From: a virus
Lineage: Duplodnaviria > Caudoviricetes
Virus record (IMG/VR): IMGVR_UViG_3300027844_000607
Span: 1 to 58,606 of that record
DNA: 58,606 nt
Direction: 5' to 3' (one strand)
The position numbers were made by a program, and so were the translations under genes. Numbering within the stretch: the first letter of the stretch is position 1; each line of letters opens with the position of its first letter. Below are positions 36,133-45,344 of the stretch, one piece after another. The notes under the pieces are model-generated. The model was given only the letters and a program-made list of their open reading frames with translations. It had not been told where the DNA came from and did no database searches.

Positions 36133-36388
36133 GTTGATACTCGCGAACACGTGGCATGATCTTCTCTCCGCGTTCACGACATTCAAGCATCTCTGTCCAA
36201 AATGCAACACGATCACGTACAATTTTAAGTGACGAACTCCAGAGTGTCGGCATATTATTCTCGTTGATATAACCTTCGTAGACGGTGGCAGATTTCTGAA
36301 AGTGGGTAATGATGCCACGAATGTCATCGAGTGTGATTATGTCCGCCCACTGTGGGTGAAGGGGGCTGGCCTTGCGATATTTAGGCAT
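36104..36388 (-). CDS. Hypothetical protein
   Basis: MPKYRKAS start 6 nt below the promoter at 36395-36423. Confidence 0.5.
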   Translation of the reverse strand: MPKYRKASPLHPQWADIITLDDIRGIITHFQKSATVYEGYINENNMPTLWSSSLKIVRDRVAFWTEMLECRERGEKIMPRVREYQHGNELSAKN

Positions 36389-36394
36389 GTGCAT

Positions 36395-36423
36395 ATTATA
36401 GCAAACTCCTTCTGTCGTAGCAA
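36395..36423 (-). promoter_or_regulatory. Sigma70-type promoter
   Basis: TTGCTA-17 nt-TATAAT with extended TGn. Confidence 0.7.
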
Positions 36424-36434
36424 TAAAAATCGTG

Positions 36435-36959
36435 TTACGGTACTGGCATGTGGAGCCATTCTGGCGCGTCACGTCGCTTCCATGTGTCTGACTCGATAGT
36501 GCTGCCGCCGTAATACTTCCGATACGCATTAACGGTGGCGTCCCATGTGTTACCGCCAGCATCGGCCGATCCGGTAATTTTGTAAATATCCGGTATACAT
36601 TGCGGTGGTGGCGTATCAGTCTTGAGACTGGGTATCTTGGGTACTCGCGCAAGAGCGCGCCGCAGGCGACTGGATGCGTGTACCTTTCCGGTGCGATATG
36701 TGTATTCCTCCCATGTCGCACACGCAAGCTCATACAGCCACGCATAGTGGAGTGGATGCGTACGCGCCCATATTGTCGTTGGATGATGCTCTTGTATCAT
36801 TTTGTATAGACCCACCAATGCCGGTTCTTCGGGGTGCGAACAGGCACGGTGGGCTGATGAGAGAAGTTGGGCATATTCGATAGACTGTTGGCGCACATGC
36901 TTATCGGTGTGCATCTTTGCCGCTTCTTTCGGGTCACGGTGAAGGACAAAAATATTCAT
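36435..36959 (-). CDS. Pyrimidine-dimer DNA glycosylase (DenV-related family)
   Basis: MNIFVLHRDPKEAA...DKHV...EYAQLLS...HPTTIW...EEYTYRTGKVH...AYRKYY. Confidence 0.75.
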   Translation of the reverse strand: MNIFVLHRDPKEAAKMHTDKHVRQQSIEYAQLLSSAHRACSHPEEPALVGLYKMIQEHHPTTIWARTHPLHYAWLYELACATWEEYTYRTGKVHASSRLRRALARVPKIPSLKTDTPPPQCIPDIYKITGSADAGGNTWDATVNAYRKYYGGSTIESDTWKRRDAPEWLHMPVP

Positions 36960-37390
36960 TAGATACCGTATCCCGCTGCTTTCATTCCCGCCGCCGTTTG
37001 CCATGGCACACTCGGCCGGAGATGATTAACAGTCTCATCTGTCTCGCCCTCGATGCGATAGTCCACAGTTTCCAAGTTAGACAATAACTTGTTTAGGGCA
37101 GCGGCCGCGAGTCGGCGCGCCGCCTCAGGCGCCAGCGTTTGCCCGTGGACATGAGCGTAGTGCCCAGCGACTTGCCAGAAGGTGGCATACCCGTGGTAGT
37201 TCAACCACTCGTTCAGTCCGTCCATGTCGGACGAGTGAAAGTCGAGCGCCCTATCGGCGTAGTGCATCGAGTTTCTCATGTGAATATGATCGTTTCCACT
37301 AACAACAGTCACCCAATTGCCAGAACGCACTGCCCAGACGGCAGCCGTCCAATACATCTTATGCAGACTTATCGGAAGTGTGACTGGCAC
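36959..37390 (-). CDS. Putative M15/LAS-type Zn peptidase (cell-wall hydrolase-like)
   Basis: SMHYADRALDF (H-x6-D) and HVH (HxH). Confidence 0.6.
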   Translation of the reverse strand: MPVTLPISLHKMYWTAAVWAVRSGNWVTVVSGNDHIHMRNSMHYADRALDFHSSDMDGLNEWLNYHGYATFWQVAGHYAHVHGQTLAPEAARRLAAAALNKLLSNLETVDYRIEGETDETVNHLRPSVPWQTAAGMKAAGYGI

Positions 37391-37401
37391 GCGCAGGCCC
37401 T

Positions 37402-37671
37402 CTACCGCAATGGCTGAGGGCCACCCTGCGGGGGGAGTATGAACCCGTCCCTCGCCAACAGGTCGGTTTGCGTTTCATGGACTTTAGCTACCGCTTCAAG
37501 TGCCGCGGCAAGTTCACCATTGATAGCCACAAGCGTTTCCTCATGTCTGTGCGATTCGATGAGACAGATGCCAATCATGACAAAACACACGATCCATGGC
37601 CCGAATTTGTCGATGACTGCGTTGAATACATCTAACATTGATATTGCTCCTTTTACGATACTGTTAAACAA
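37402..37671 (-). CDS. Small membrane protein
   Basis: One TM segment followed by a coiled coil. Confidence 0.5.
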   Translation of the reverse strand: MFNSIVKGAISMLDVFNAVIDKFGPWIVCFVMIGICLIESHRHEETLVAINGELAAALEAVAKVHETQTDLLARDGFILPPQGGPQPLR

Positions 37672-37676
37672 ACACT

Positions 37677-37705
37677 ATTATACCAGATCTCTGGGTACCG
37701 TGCAA
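37677..37705 (-). promoter_or_regulatory. Sigma70-type promoter
   Basis: TTGCAC-17 nt-TATAAT with extended TGn. Confidence 0.7.
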
Positions 37706-37706
37706 A

Positions 37707-38270
37707 TTATTTTCCGGTGGTCGTGATGAGGGGATCTGATTCGCTGGACACGCCATATTTGGCGATCCAGTAAGCATCTGCCAAGTCAGAAAGCGGGGCC
37801 TTGGCACGTGGCGTTGTGGGCGAGCGGGGGAAGAACGTACTACACCAACTCTGCCCATTGGGGTAGTCCTTGAGGAACGCGGATGTCATGCGTATTTTGT
37901 CGGCGTTACCTTTTCCAGTCGCAAACTTCTTGACGACCGTGGGAGGTACAGCATACACGGGGTAATCGGCTTTCCAGAGTAAGTACTTGAGAATGCCGGT
38001 ATGTTCGCCAATATGAAAGACACGCCCCGTTGCGCTGAAGGCGTAGTTCTCCAATAGTACGGCACGAACATCCGAATGATGCTTCAACCACTCAATGAGT
38101 GCAATGGCAGTTGCTTCGGCTCGTTGCGTCACGTCGAGTGTTGTGATCTTATGCGTCGAGATCGAGGGAAGTGACGCATAGGTTCGTTGACTGGCAAACC
38201 AGAATTGTGGTGTGTCATAGGGAATACACGCCGCCGGGCACGTCATAGAGTAGTCCACACCCGCGATCAT
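37707..38270 (-). CDS. RuvC-like Holliday junction resolvase
   Basis: AGVDYSMTCP, LENYAF, IGEHTGILK, PTVVKKFATGKGNADK, DLADAY. Confidence 0.88.
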   Translation of the reverse strand: MIAGVDYSMTCPAACIPYDTPQFWFASQRTYASLPSISTHKITTLDVTQRAEATAIALIEWLKHHSDVRAVLLENYAFSATGRVFHIGEHTGILKYLLWKADYPVYAVPPTVVKKFATGKGNADKIRMTSAFLKDYPNGQSWCSTFFPRSPTTPRAKAPLSDLADAYWIAKYGVSSESDPLITTTGK

Positions 38271-38467
38271 TCATCGTCCCGGTTGAAATCTGCATCATCG
38301 TCATACACGTCTTCAAAGAATTCCTCGCGGCCGGGTTTGTCATACGGCATTGGAACTGCCTCGCTACAGAATGGACAAAATTGTACAAGCTCCACATTCT
38401 GACCGGTGATGGTACAGGTGTATAGACAGGACGCACATTCAATAACGATTCGTTTCTTGGACGACAT
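38267..38467 (-). CDS. Small zinc-ribbon protein
   Basis: CASC...CPFC with acidic tail. Confidence 0.7.
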   Translation of the reverse strand: MSSKKRIVIECASCLYTCTITGQNVELVQFCPFCSEAVPMPYDKPGREEFFEDVYDDDADFNRDDE

Positions 38468-38499
38468 ATATCAACTATCCTTTTTCGCTGGTTTATTAT

Positions 38500-40452
38500 T
38501 TATCGCGGAATGAGATCCACAATTTCACAAACACCCGCACTACAGGCGAGTTCCTGTGTACCAGATGTATGGTCTGTCTTTTCATAATCTCCGAGCTTCG
38601 TCCAGTCCACATTTTTAGGCATCTTCTTCAGCCACTCCTCATATTCAGTCTTGGTGATGTCCTGATATGGTGCCTGCTGGTAAATGTGTTCTGAGTTTGG
38701 GAGGAACGACAGCCCAGATACCTTGTCGAAGTTGCGATAGATCCACGCACCAACATCGAGCCACTCATCTTCCTTGACATAGATCGTGGCACTGGGTTTA
38801 TGCTCACACCAGCTATCCTGATAGGTGCGCCAGAATTCCAATTGTTCGACCGCATCTCGCTTGTTGCGTGTGATGCACCCCTTCGGCGCTTTCTGTGGAA
38901 ACGAAAACACCCACGTATGATCGGGGCGCATCACATCCGCTTCGACGGGAAAGCCCGCATCGATCATCATCTTCGCCAACGGGTCTTTCTTATCCGCCCG
39001 CACTGTTCGAATATAATACTCTGCGTGTCGTGCGTGAATACCCGACGCACTATCAACAAGGTTCGACACGGTGCCTGAAGGCTTCACACAAGTGATGGCG
39101 ACGCTCTGTGGAATGCCGATCTTCTTCGCCCACTCTGCGTTTGTCGCGACAGTGATCGCCTTCAATGCTTCCAGTCGTTCAGCTAATCCTTTGCTGCCGC
39201 CGTTGGTGAGTGCGCTATCCATGATGCCCGTGAGGGAAACACCAAGCAACCGCTCTTCGTCGCAGTTCTTCTTCCAATCTTTACTCACGTAGCTAAAGTT
39301 CGTCAGGGTTGACTGGAACGTGCCGAGGATGGTCGCGAGACGCACCTTCGCCGTCAGCGTCTCCTCGGTATCATCGACGCGCACCACCACTTCGCTCAGG
39401 TTGCAGAACTCTCGACTCCGCAGAATAATCTCCGAGCATGGATTCGTGCCGAAGTCATGGTCTGTGTTTCGGCGCCCGGTTTTCTCCGATTGGATCTTTG
39501 CACCGTAACGGGAAAAGACGCCACGCTCACCGCTCTTGCTTTCGTAGAGAGCTTTCCATTCATCGAGGAAGGTAGATAGTGTCGGACGTTCCTTCTGCGC
39601 CACATAGCTGTTGTTGGACAACGCCCGCTGGGAGTTCATGTTCCACCACTCCCCGTTCTTCGCATGGCGCATTCTGTCATCATACAAATCTGAGAGCGAG
39701 ATCAGCGCACTGCGACGAACGCCACCCACGACAACAATCTCCGCGATCTTACAGACAATGTCATGACACTCTAGTGTGGTCAATCTTCGTCCGGCCGCCG
39801 CACGAAAGGTTCGAACGCAGAACCGAAACAGTTCTACCAGCGGTTCTGGTCCTGACGCCCGCCCACCAAACGTCTTGAGCGGTGATCCGGCGGGCCGCAC
39901 TTTGGTGACATCCCACGTTGGGATTTGCCCAGCATAGAGCATCGCCAGTAGTTCCTTTAGCGCCTTCGCCCAGCCGAGTTTGCTATCTCGCACGTTGATA
40001 CAGGTATCCGTGTCGTGAAAGTCTTCGGCGACGCGGGGCAACTGTGATGTGTGTTGTGACTCCACTGAGAACCCGACGCCCGTGCCGTTCATAAGAATAT
40101 AAATGATCTCATCAAACGCCCGCGGCGAGTCAATTGCCACGTACGAACAATTATAACCAGCGATGTTCTCGCGCTCCAGCGCCTCCCCTGCTGTCATAAG
40201 ACATCGCATGGATGGCATAACTTTCAGCGTCAGTACCGCCTGTTCCAATTCTTTTCGAACGTTCTTCGTGAGCGTGAAACTGTTGTTCTCTTTCAGATGC
40301 TTTTCAAAGAAGTCAAAATATCGACCAACAGTTTCCGACCATGTTTCACGTCGGTTCTCTTCGGGCAGCCACCGCGCATAGCGTGAAATATGAATGAACT
40401 TCATATAGTCCGTCATACCGAATACGTCGCGGTCGAGTCCGTCTACTGCCAT
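38500..40452 (-). CDS. nrdJ: Class II (adenosylcobalamin) ribonucleotide reductase, monomeric type
   Basis: SRYARW, PSMRCL, YNCSY, GGVRRSALISL, TNPCSEI, CNLSEV, TCVKPSGT, C-terminal CSAGVCE. Confidence 0.93.
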   Translation of the reverse strand: MAVDGLDRDVFGMTDYMKFIHISRYARWLPEENRRETWSETVGRYFDFFEKHLKENNSFTLTKNVRKELEQAVLTLKVMPSMRCLMTAGEALERENIAGYNCSYVAIDSPRAFDEIIYILMNGTGVGFSVESQHTSQLPRVAEDFHDTDTCINVRDSKLGWAKALKELLAMLYAGQIPTWDVTKVRPAGSPLKTFGGRASGPEPLVELFRFCVRTFRAAAGRRLTTLECHDIVCKIAEIVVVGGVRRSALISLSDLYDDRMRHAKNGEWWNMNSQRALSNNSYVAQKERPTLSTFLDEWKALYESKSGERGVFSRYGAKIQSEKTGRRNTDHDFGTNPCSEIILRSREFCNLSEVVVRVDDTEETLTAKVRLATILGTFQSTLTNFSYVSKDWKKNCDEERLLGVSLTGIMDSALTNGGSKGLAERLEALKAITVATNAEWAKKIGIPQSVAITCVKPSGTVSNLVDSASGIHARHAEYYIRTVRADKKDPLAKMMIDAGFPVEADVMRPDHTWVFSFPQKAPKGCITRNKRDAVEQLEFWRTYQDSWCEHKPSATIYVKEDEWLDVGAWIYRNFDKVSGLSFLPNSEHIYQQAPYQDITKTEYEEWLKKMPKNVDWTKLGDYEKTDHTSGTQELACSAGVCEIVDLIPR

Positions 40453-40454
40453 TA

Positions 40455-41375
40455 CTACTCCGATTGAGAACAAGTTTGTTCAAGAAAAAATTTGAAGTCT
40501 GCGTATTCACGATCTGTCATACCGTATGAATTTTGTGGCCATGAATGATTATTATCTATTGTGCGAAGCGCAGCGCCGAGCATTTTACATTCTGCGGCAC
40601 TAAGCGTGTAGCTATTCCGCACATAATCTTCCCATGCCTTAAAAGCATGTGGGAAGTATGGTTTCGCACATGCATACATCGCGTTCGCATAATCACGCAC
40701 TTCCCGTTGGGCGTGATCGTCCATTCGCAGATTGAGAAAGTGCATGAAATTGTGGAGGTCACATTTCCAGTACAGTTCTGTGTAGGCACCGACGGGCGTG
40801 ACAACCCGCGCTAGTTCACGGGCAACATTGTGATCTTTCAACAAGCGTCCATATGTATCAAACGCGTTCTGCTGCGCCTGTACGAATTCCATTTGGATTT
40901 TCTCGTATTTGTCATCCCCCACTTTCTTGCCGCGCCCTTGCTTGTTGTTCGTAGACTGCTCACTCAAATGTGAGCGCCCGGGCAGATAAAAGTCATCTGA
41001 GAGTTCCGAGTACCTCGCACTATACTCATTGACGTTCGCGGTACGATGTCGAATGATTTGCCGTACAACGAAGATGGGCGCCCGGAGAAAGAAGGTGACC
41101 TCTGCTTGTTCCAACGGGCTCGTATGTTTGTGTCGTACCAAGTAACGAATCAGCGCCGCAGGACTTCGCTTTTGTGTCGTACCTTTCCCGTATGACACGC
41201 GGGCGGCATCGACGATTAACTGATCGCTCCCATATGTCGCCAGCAATGATACGTATCCGTTGTCGTGTAATGGTAATGACGCCAGTGCAGTATCTTCATT
41301 CGTCGGCCGTGCGCCAAACTTGTCCGCAACATGTTCGCACCGCAAAATCCCATCATCATTTATTATTTCCGCCAT
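40455..41375 (-). CDS. thyX: FAD-dependent thymidylate synthase
   Basis: AARVSY, HTSPLE, RHRTANVNEYSARY (RHR-x7-S), ELAR, HAQRE. Confidence 0.95.
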   Translation of the reverse strand: MAEIINDDGILRCEHVADKFGARPTNEDTALASLPLHDNGYVSLLATYGSDQLIVDAARVSYGKGTTQKRSPAALIRYLVRHKHTSPLEQAEVTFFLRAPIFVVRQIIRHRTANVNEYSARYSELSDDFYLPGRSHLSEQSTNNKQGRGKKVGDDKYEKIQMEFVQAQQNAFDTYGRLLKDHNVARELARVVTPVGAYTELYWKCDLHNFMHFLNLRMDDHAQREVRDYANAMYACAKPYFPHAFKAWEDYVRNSYTLSAAECKMLGAALRTIDNNHSWPQNSYGMTDREYADFKFFLEQTCSQSE

Positions 41376-42373
41376 CGTTGTAGCTCCAGTTCCGCGCCGA
41401 GTCCTTGATATGTATGAGCGTTAACTAATGACAAAACTGAATATCCACCAGCGTACATGTCATTCAAATCTTTCGGGAGTCCGTCCGGCCAAATGACGAC
41501 CGATTTTCCCCCCTTCACGGCCCGAGCCACAAAAGAAGTGATCTGTGAATTGCGAGGTTCATTGTCCCAAATGAGGGTACACTTTGTCAAGTCAATATCA
41601 GAACGTGTAAGAGTATCTAGTCCCCCGCACAAGTCTGACCCACACATCGCGATGGCGTTCGGCAAACACAGTGAATCTAGTGGTCCTTCCACAACATAGA
41701 CGTGCTGTGTCGTGTCAAGTGCGTCAAGTCCAAACACACGTAACTGATCGTGCCCCCACCGAAATGTGATGTATTCTTTGCGCGTGAGCAAACGAAACTG
41801 GGCACCATACCATTCGCCGTCCGTGAATCGCAATGGAATAACGAGATACGGCAACCCGTCCTTCACCCGTTCCGCCTTGTCACCAACGAGTGGCGCCAAA
41901 AAGCTATGGGCGCGGGTGGTACCATAGAGTTTGGCCAGCGCGGATTTCGGCAACTTCCGCTCCACCACATAGTCTGCAATACCGAGCATATCTGCCGGCA
42001 GATCTGCTGACGATAACTGGTGCATGTCAGAATGTACGACGAGCGTCCGTGTGGGAGGGGGTATAGACACTGCTGGAGACGGCCTAGGCGCATTGCCCTG
42101 CTCTTGGAACCTCTCCATCACATATTCGTTGAACAATGCGCGAGAGTGACGCTGGAGGAATGCTCCGAAGGGCAGTGCCACTCCACAATCGTGGCATTTA
42201 TAGAGGTAGGTTTGTTTGTTGAGGAAGAAGTAGCCCCGAGCTTTGGTTCGACTCTTTTCAGAATCGCCGCAGATGACGCATCGGCAGTTTGCGACGGTGT
42301 CCGATTTCCAGGCGAATCGGGGCAACTGGCCGGAGATGAGATTGATATATTTTTTGTCTAGCCAAATGGACAT
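41363..42373 (-). CDS. gp61: DNA primase
   Basis: CVICGDS...CHDC zinc finger; VVEGPLDS, WDNEPRN and KDLND TOPRIM motifs. Confidence 0.95.
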   Translation of the reverse strand: MSIWLDKKYINLISGQLPRFAWKSDTVANCRCVICGDSEKSRTKARGYFFLNKQTYLYKCHDCGVALPFGAFLQRHSRALFNEYVMERFQEQGNAPRPSPAVSIPPPTRTLVVHSDMHQLSSADLPADMLGIADYVVERKLPKSALAKLYGTTRAHSFLAPLVGDKAERVKDGLPYLVIPLRFTDGEWYGAQFRLLTRKEYITFRWGHDQLRVFGLDALDTTQHVYVVEGPLDSLCLPNAIAMCGSDLCGGLDTLTRSDIDLTKCTLIWDNEPRNSQITSFVARAVKGGKSVVIWPDGLPKDLNDMYAGGYSVLSLVNAHTYQGLGAELELQRWRK

Positions 42374-42420
42374 ACTCTGGAATTATAACACACTGTGCGT
42401 GGAAATTGTCGGATTAGGTA

Positions 42421-43077
42421 CTACTGTTCAGCCCAGAACTGTTTCGTGTGTTCGTAGATGAATTGTGGCGTAAGACTATAACCCGTTTGAGCATTGCTGC
42501 TTGTCGCTACGCCAACGACTTTACCGGCATAGTCCACTACAGGTCCGCCAGACATTCCTCCGACAAGTGCATTATCGAAGCCTACGAATGGGCTCCCATT
42601 ATCTGCTAGGTCTAGTATTGATACAACGGCCGTGCGGAAGGAGGGGGTCGGTCGTCCGCGAGCAAAGCCAAGCACGGCCACCCTCGTTCCAAGCCCCACG
42701 GGGTTCGGCCGTATCTTTAACGCAGGCCGCCGTGAGGTAATCTTGACCACTGCAAGGTCTAGGTCAACATCTTCGTAGAGTATCTCAAGATCTTGTCCAT
42801 CAATCTGCGGGACATCTTCCTCTTCTTCTGCTTGGGGGATGTGAAGACAATGGGACGCCGTGAGGTAATGTCCCTGCGCTCTATCAATAGAAAACGCGGA
42901 GCATGTGATACGTTGGTGAAGTGAGCATTGAATAGGTACTGTGGCGAGACGCACGGATGGTACAATGCGCGTCCAATCGACAGCTTGCGCTGGCGTTGCC
43001 CGAGCGGGCAGTAGACTTACAGTGAGAAGGAGAAGTGTGCAGATTATTAGCCGCATATGCGCCGAAAGGTGTGACAA
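42421..43077 (-). CDS. Secreted trypsin-like (S1) serine protease
   Basis: Signal peptide ending AQA; TASHC, DLAV and GMSGGPV catalytic triad motifs. Confidence 0.85.
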   Translation of the reverse strand: MSHLSAHMRLIICTLLLLTVSLLPARATPAQAVDWTRIVPSVRLATVPIQCSLHQRITCSAFSIDRAQGHYLTASHCLHIPQAEEEEDVPQIDGQDLEILYEDVDLDLAVVKITSRRPALKIRPNPVGLGTRVAVLGFARGRPTPSFRTAVVSILDLADNGSPFVGFDNALVGGMSGGPVVDYAGKVVGVATSSNAQTGYSLTPQFIYEHTKQFWAEQ

Positions 43078-43104
43078 TAAGCATAGAAATTATTGTCGAG
43101 TGTT

Positions 43105-43593
43105 TTAAGGGACGCTGGAAAGGGCGTTGCTCCAGTTGCGAATCGACAGGCTTAAGAATTGAATGACGATCCACATGATAACGACGCCACCACCGACAAT
43201 CAGCCAGCGCCATTTTTCAAGGCCTGTAACACGCTTGTCGATTCGGACAAACTTCGTATCCCATTTTGTATCCAATTTATCAATGGATTTGTCGAAATGC
43301 TGGGCGATTTTTTCCGATTGTGTGTCGATTTTTTTTGAGAGGTTCTCTTCCACAGTTTGAATCCTAGTATTGAGATACATGTGATCTGTTTGTTGTTTAT
43401 CACGTAACTCTGAGGACACTTTATCAATCTTCCCCATGATTTTGTCCTCACTGTTTTCAACCTGCTTATTGATTTCAACCAGCGTTTCTAGTGTGGTCGC
43501 GCCGCGGCCATGCATACCTACGATGTCGCAACGCTCCGCGGCATGATCATCATCGGCCAATTTACTAGACTCTTCTGGTTGTGGTTGTGGCAT
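43105..43593 (-). CDS. Coiled-coil protein with C-terminal TM helix
   Basis: RVTGLEKWRWLIVGGGVVI; type commonly seen upstream of primase in T4-like phages. Confidence 0.6.
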   Translation of the reverse strand: MPQPQPEESSKLADDDHAAERCDIVGMHGRGATTLETLVEINKQVENSEDKIMGKIDKVSSELRDKQQTDHMYLNTRIQTVEENLSKKIDTQSEKIAQHFDKSIDKLDTKWDTKFVRIDKRVTGLEKWRWLIVGGGVVIMWIVIQFLSLSIRNWSNALSSVP

Positions 43594-43599
43594 TGGGTA

Positions 43600-44016
43600 T
43601 TATTGCGCTACTATCAGCATGTACAAGCGGGTTTCTAATACTTGTATTCTGGTTTTTATTTCTCCCAGTTCTCTCTCATGGGCAGACAATGCCGTATTCT
43701 GCACATGGTCAGATGAGATGGGCTTATCTTGATTTTCCGTGATGTCCGATTCAATGGCGCTAATTTTTTCTGCGTGCGTTGTAGTTTGATTCTGGACAAT
43801 GGATATTCTGGCATCCAACTGCGAATACCCCCACACGGCAATGATGACCGTTCCCAAAATTTGAATGAGGAAGCTCATCGAGAACTGGACCCCCGCTCGT
43901 TCATTTACTTGGTACGATCCGTTGTCTTTGGGCGTAATCTGCTGTGTTGCTGGTGTGCGGAACTTCGGCGGCCGCGGTATACGAATATCGTCCTCTCCTA
44001 TTTTGTGTGATCGCAT
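43600..44016 (-). CDS. Membrane-anchored coiled-coil protein (possible lysis accessory)
   Basis: TM segment then coiled coil; directly downstream of the transglycosylase. Confidence 0.5.
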   Translation of the reverse strand: MRSHKIGEDDIRIPRPPKFRTPATQQITPKDNGSYQVNERAGVQFSMSFLIQILGTVIIAVWGYSQLDARISIVQNQTTTHAEKISAIESDITENQDKPISSDHVQNTALSAHERELGEIKTRIQVLETRLYMLIVAQ

Positions 44017-44702
44017 TCAACTAACCCTGGCAGTATTGCATCCTCGGGCACGTCAGTTGGTGCCGCCGGAGGAGGCTCTGGAGGCGCGGGCGGCTCACAA
44101 GAGATGCCCAATCCCCACGACAAATAGCGAGGTTGAAGATCCAACAAGATGCGGACCGGATAATTCCGATTTTCTCTGATAGCCCAGTCAGCGCGGTCAC
44201 TATATTCTTCGACATTCCCCCACCATAAGGTTGAATCCTTGCCATCGGCTGTCGCGAGCCTTCGATCACGATTGACCCAGCCCGCGCCACCGTTATAGCC
44301 CGATAGCGTAAACGCCCACCGATCACACTCCCGTGTTGCGAAGGACATCCTGTCGTAAAGGTATTTATCATATCGCGCAAGGGCACGCAATGCCCATTCC
44401 GGTTCATAGGGTTGGTTTGCTCCAAGGTAGTCCGAATACCTCATGGAGATCCAGTCGGCGGTGTCTGGTGTGAACTGCGCGAGTCCGCCGGCGTATGGTG
44501 ACTGCGCGTCTGGACGCCATGCGGACTCTTGATGTATCTGTGCCGCCATCGTTGCGATAGGGGCATTCAAGCCCCATACAAAACGGGCGTTTCCGATTAA
44601 AGCGCGTTGATAGGTATAGGCGCGTTGTGGAATCTGCGCTGCGGCCGGAGCAGCAACGCCGAACAACACGAACAGCAACAGAAGGGAGGACAGAACACGC
44701 AT
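43998..44702 (-). CDS. Lytic transglycosylase (SLT) endolysin with signal peptide
   Basis: QIHQESAW, GLAQFTP, YNGG, ENRNY. Confidence 0.9.
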   Translation of the reverse strand: MRVLSSLLLLFVLFGVAAPAAAQIPQRAYTYQRALIGNARFVWGLNAPIATMAAQIHQESAWRPDAQSPYAGGLAQFTPDTADWISMRYSDYLGANQPYEPEWALRALARYDKYLYDRMSFATRECDRWAFTLSGYNGGAGWVNRDRRLATADGKDSTLWWGNVEEYSDRADWAIRENRNYPVRILLDLQPRYLSWGLGISCEPPAPPEPPPAAPTDVPEDAILPGLVECDHTK

Positions 44703-45026
44703 TTAGATACCAAGGGTCAAGCCAGCGATTACCGCGAGGACAACAATAGCACGTGCCAGGATACGTGCGGGTCCGAGTGAGGAGTTCTCTAAGGTTTCAT
44801 CCACAGCAACGGTGTTGCTGAAGAGTGTGCGGTCTGCAAGATACGCGAGAACGATGGCATTGATGACCTGCAAGTTCTTGAAGACAAGAACGGGAATCTG
44901 CTGAAGCGCGATATAGCCCACCACACCAAGCGCGACGACGAGCAACACCCATAGAACACCGTTACGCTTGATTGCCGCAGTGGTGGCGCCGGTCTGATTT
45001 TTGACGAATGCAATAATTGAACTCAT
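44703..45026 (-). CDS. Putative holin
   Basis: 107 aa, 3 hydrophobic segments, AYLADRTLF; immediately upstream of the SLT gene. Confidence 0.7.
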   Translation of the reverse strand: MSSIIAFVKNQTGATTAAIKRNGVLWVLLVVALGVVGYIALQQIPVLVFKNLQVINAIVLAYLADRTLFSNTVAVDETLENSSLGPARILARAIVVLAVIAGLTLGI

Positions 45027-45035
45027 ATAATCTCC

Positions 45036-45344
45036 TTAGTGGGTTTTATCTTTCGTAGGGTCTTTATGCCAAGATTGTTTCCGCAACCATGTCATGGCGC
45101 CGGTTTTACTATCGCGCAGGATAATGTCGCGTTTACTTTTCCGAGCGTGTAGACGAATTCGTTCACCCTCTTCTTCTACGCCTACATACTTAGCGTAGCG
45201 TTCCCACCGACGTTTCGGTGCTTTGGTCGCCATTACGCCGTCCATATCGGTTTCGAGTACGTCTGCACCAGCGAAGGTATCTTCGTATAGTTGTACGAAT
45301 TCTTCTTCGGTGTAGGTAGCTTCGTCGATCTGCTTACGCGTCAT
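45036..45344 (-). CDS. Conserved hypothetical protein
   Basis: RRWERYAKYVG...IILRDSKTGAMTWLR. Confidence 0.6.
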   Translation of the reverse strand: MTRKQIDEATYTEEEFVQLYEDTFAGADVLETDMDGVMATKAPKRRWERYAKYVGVEEEGERIRLHARKSKRDIILRDSKTGAMTWLRKQSWHKDPTKDKTH

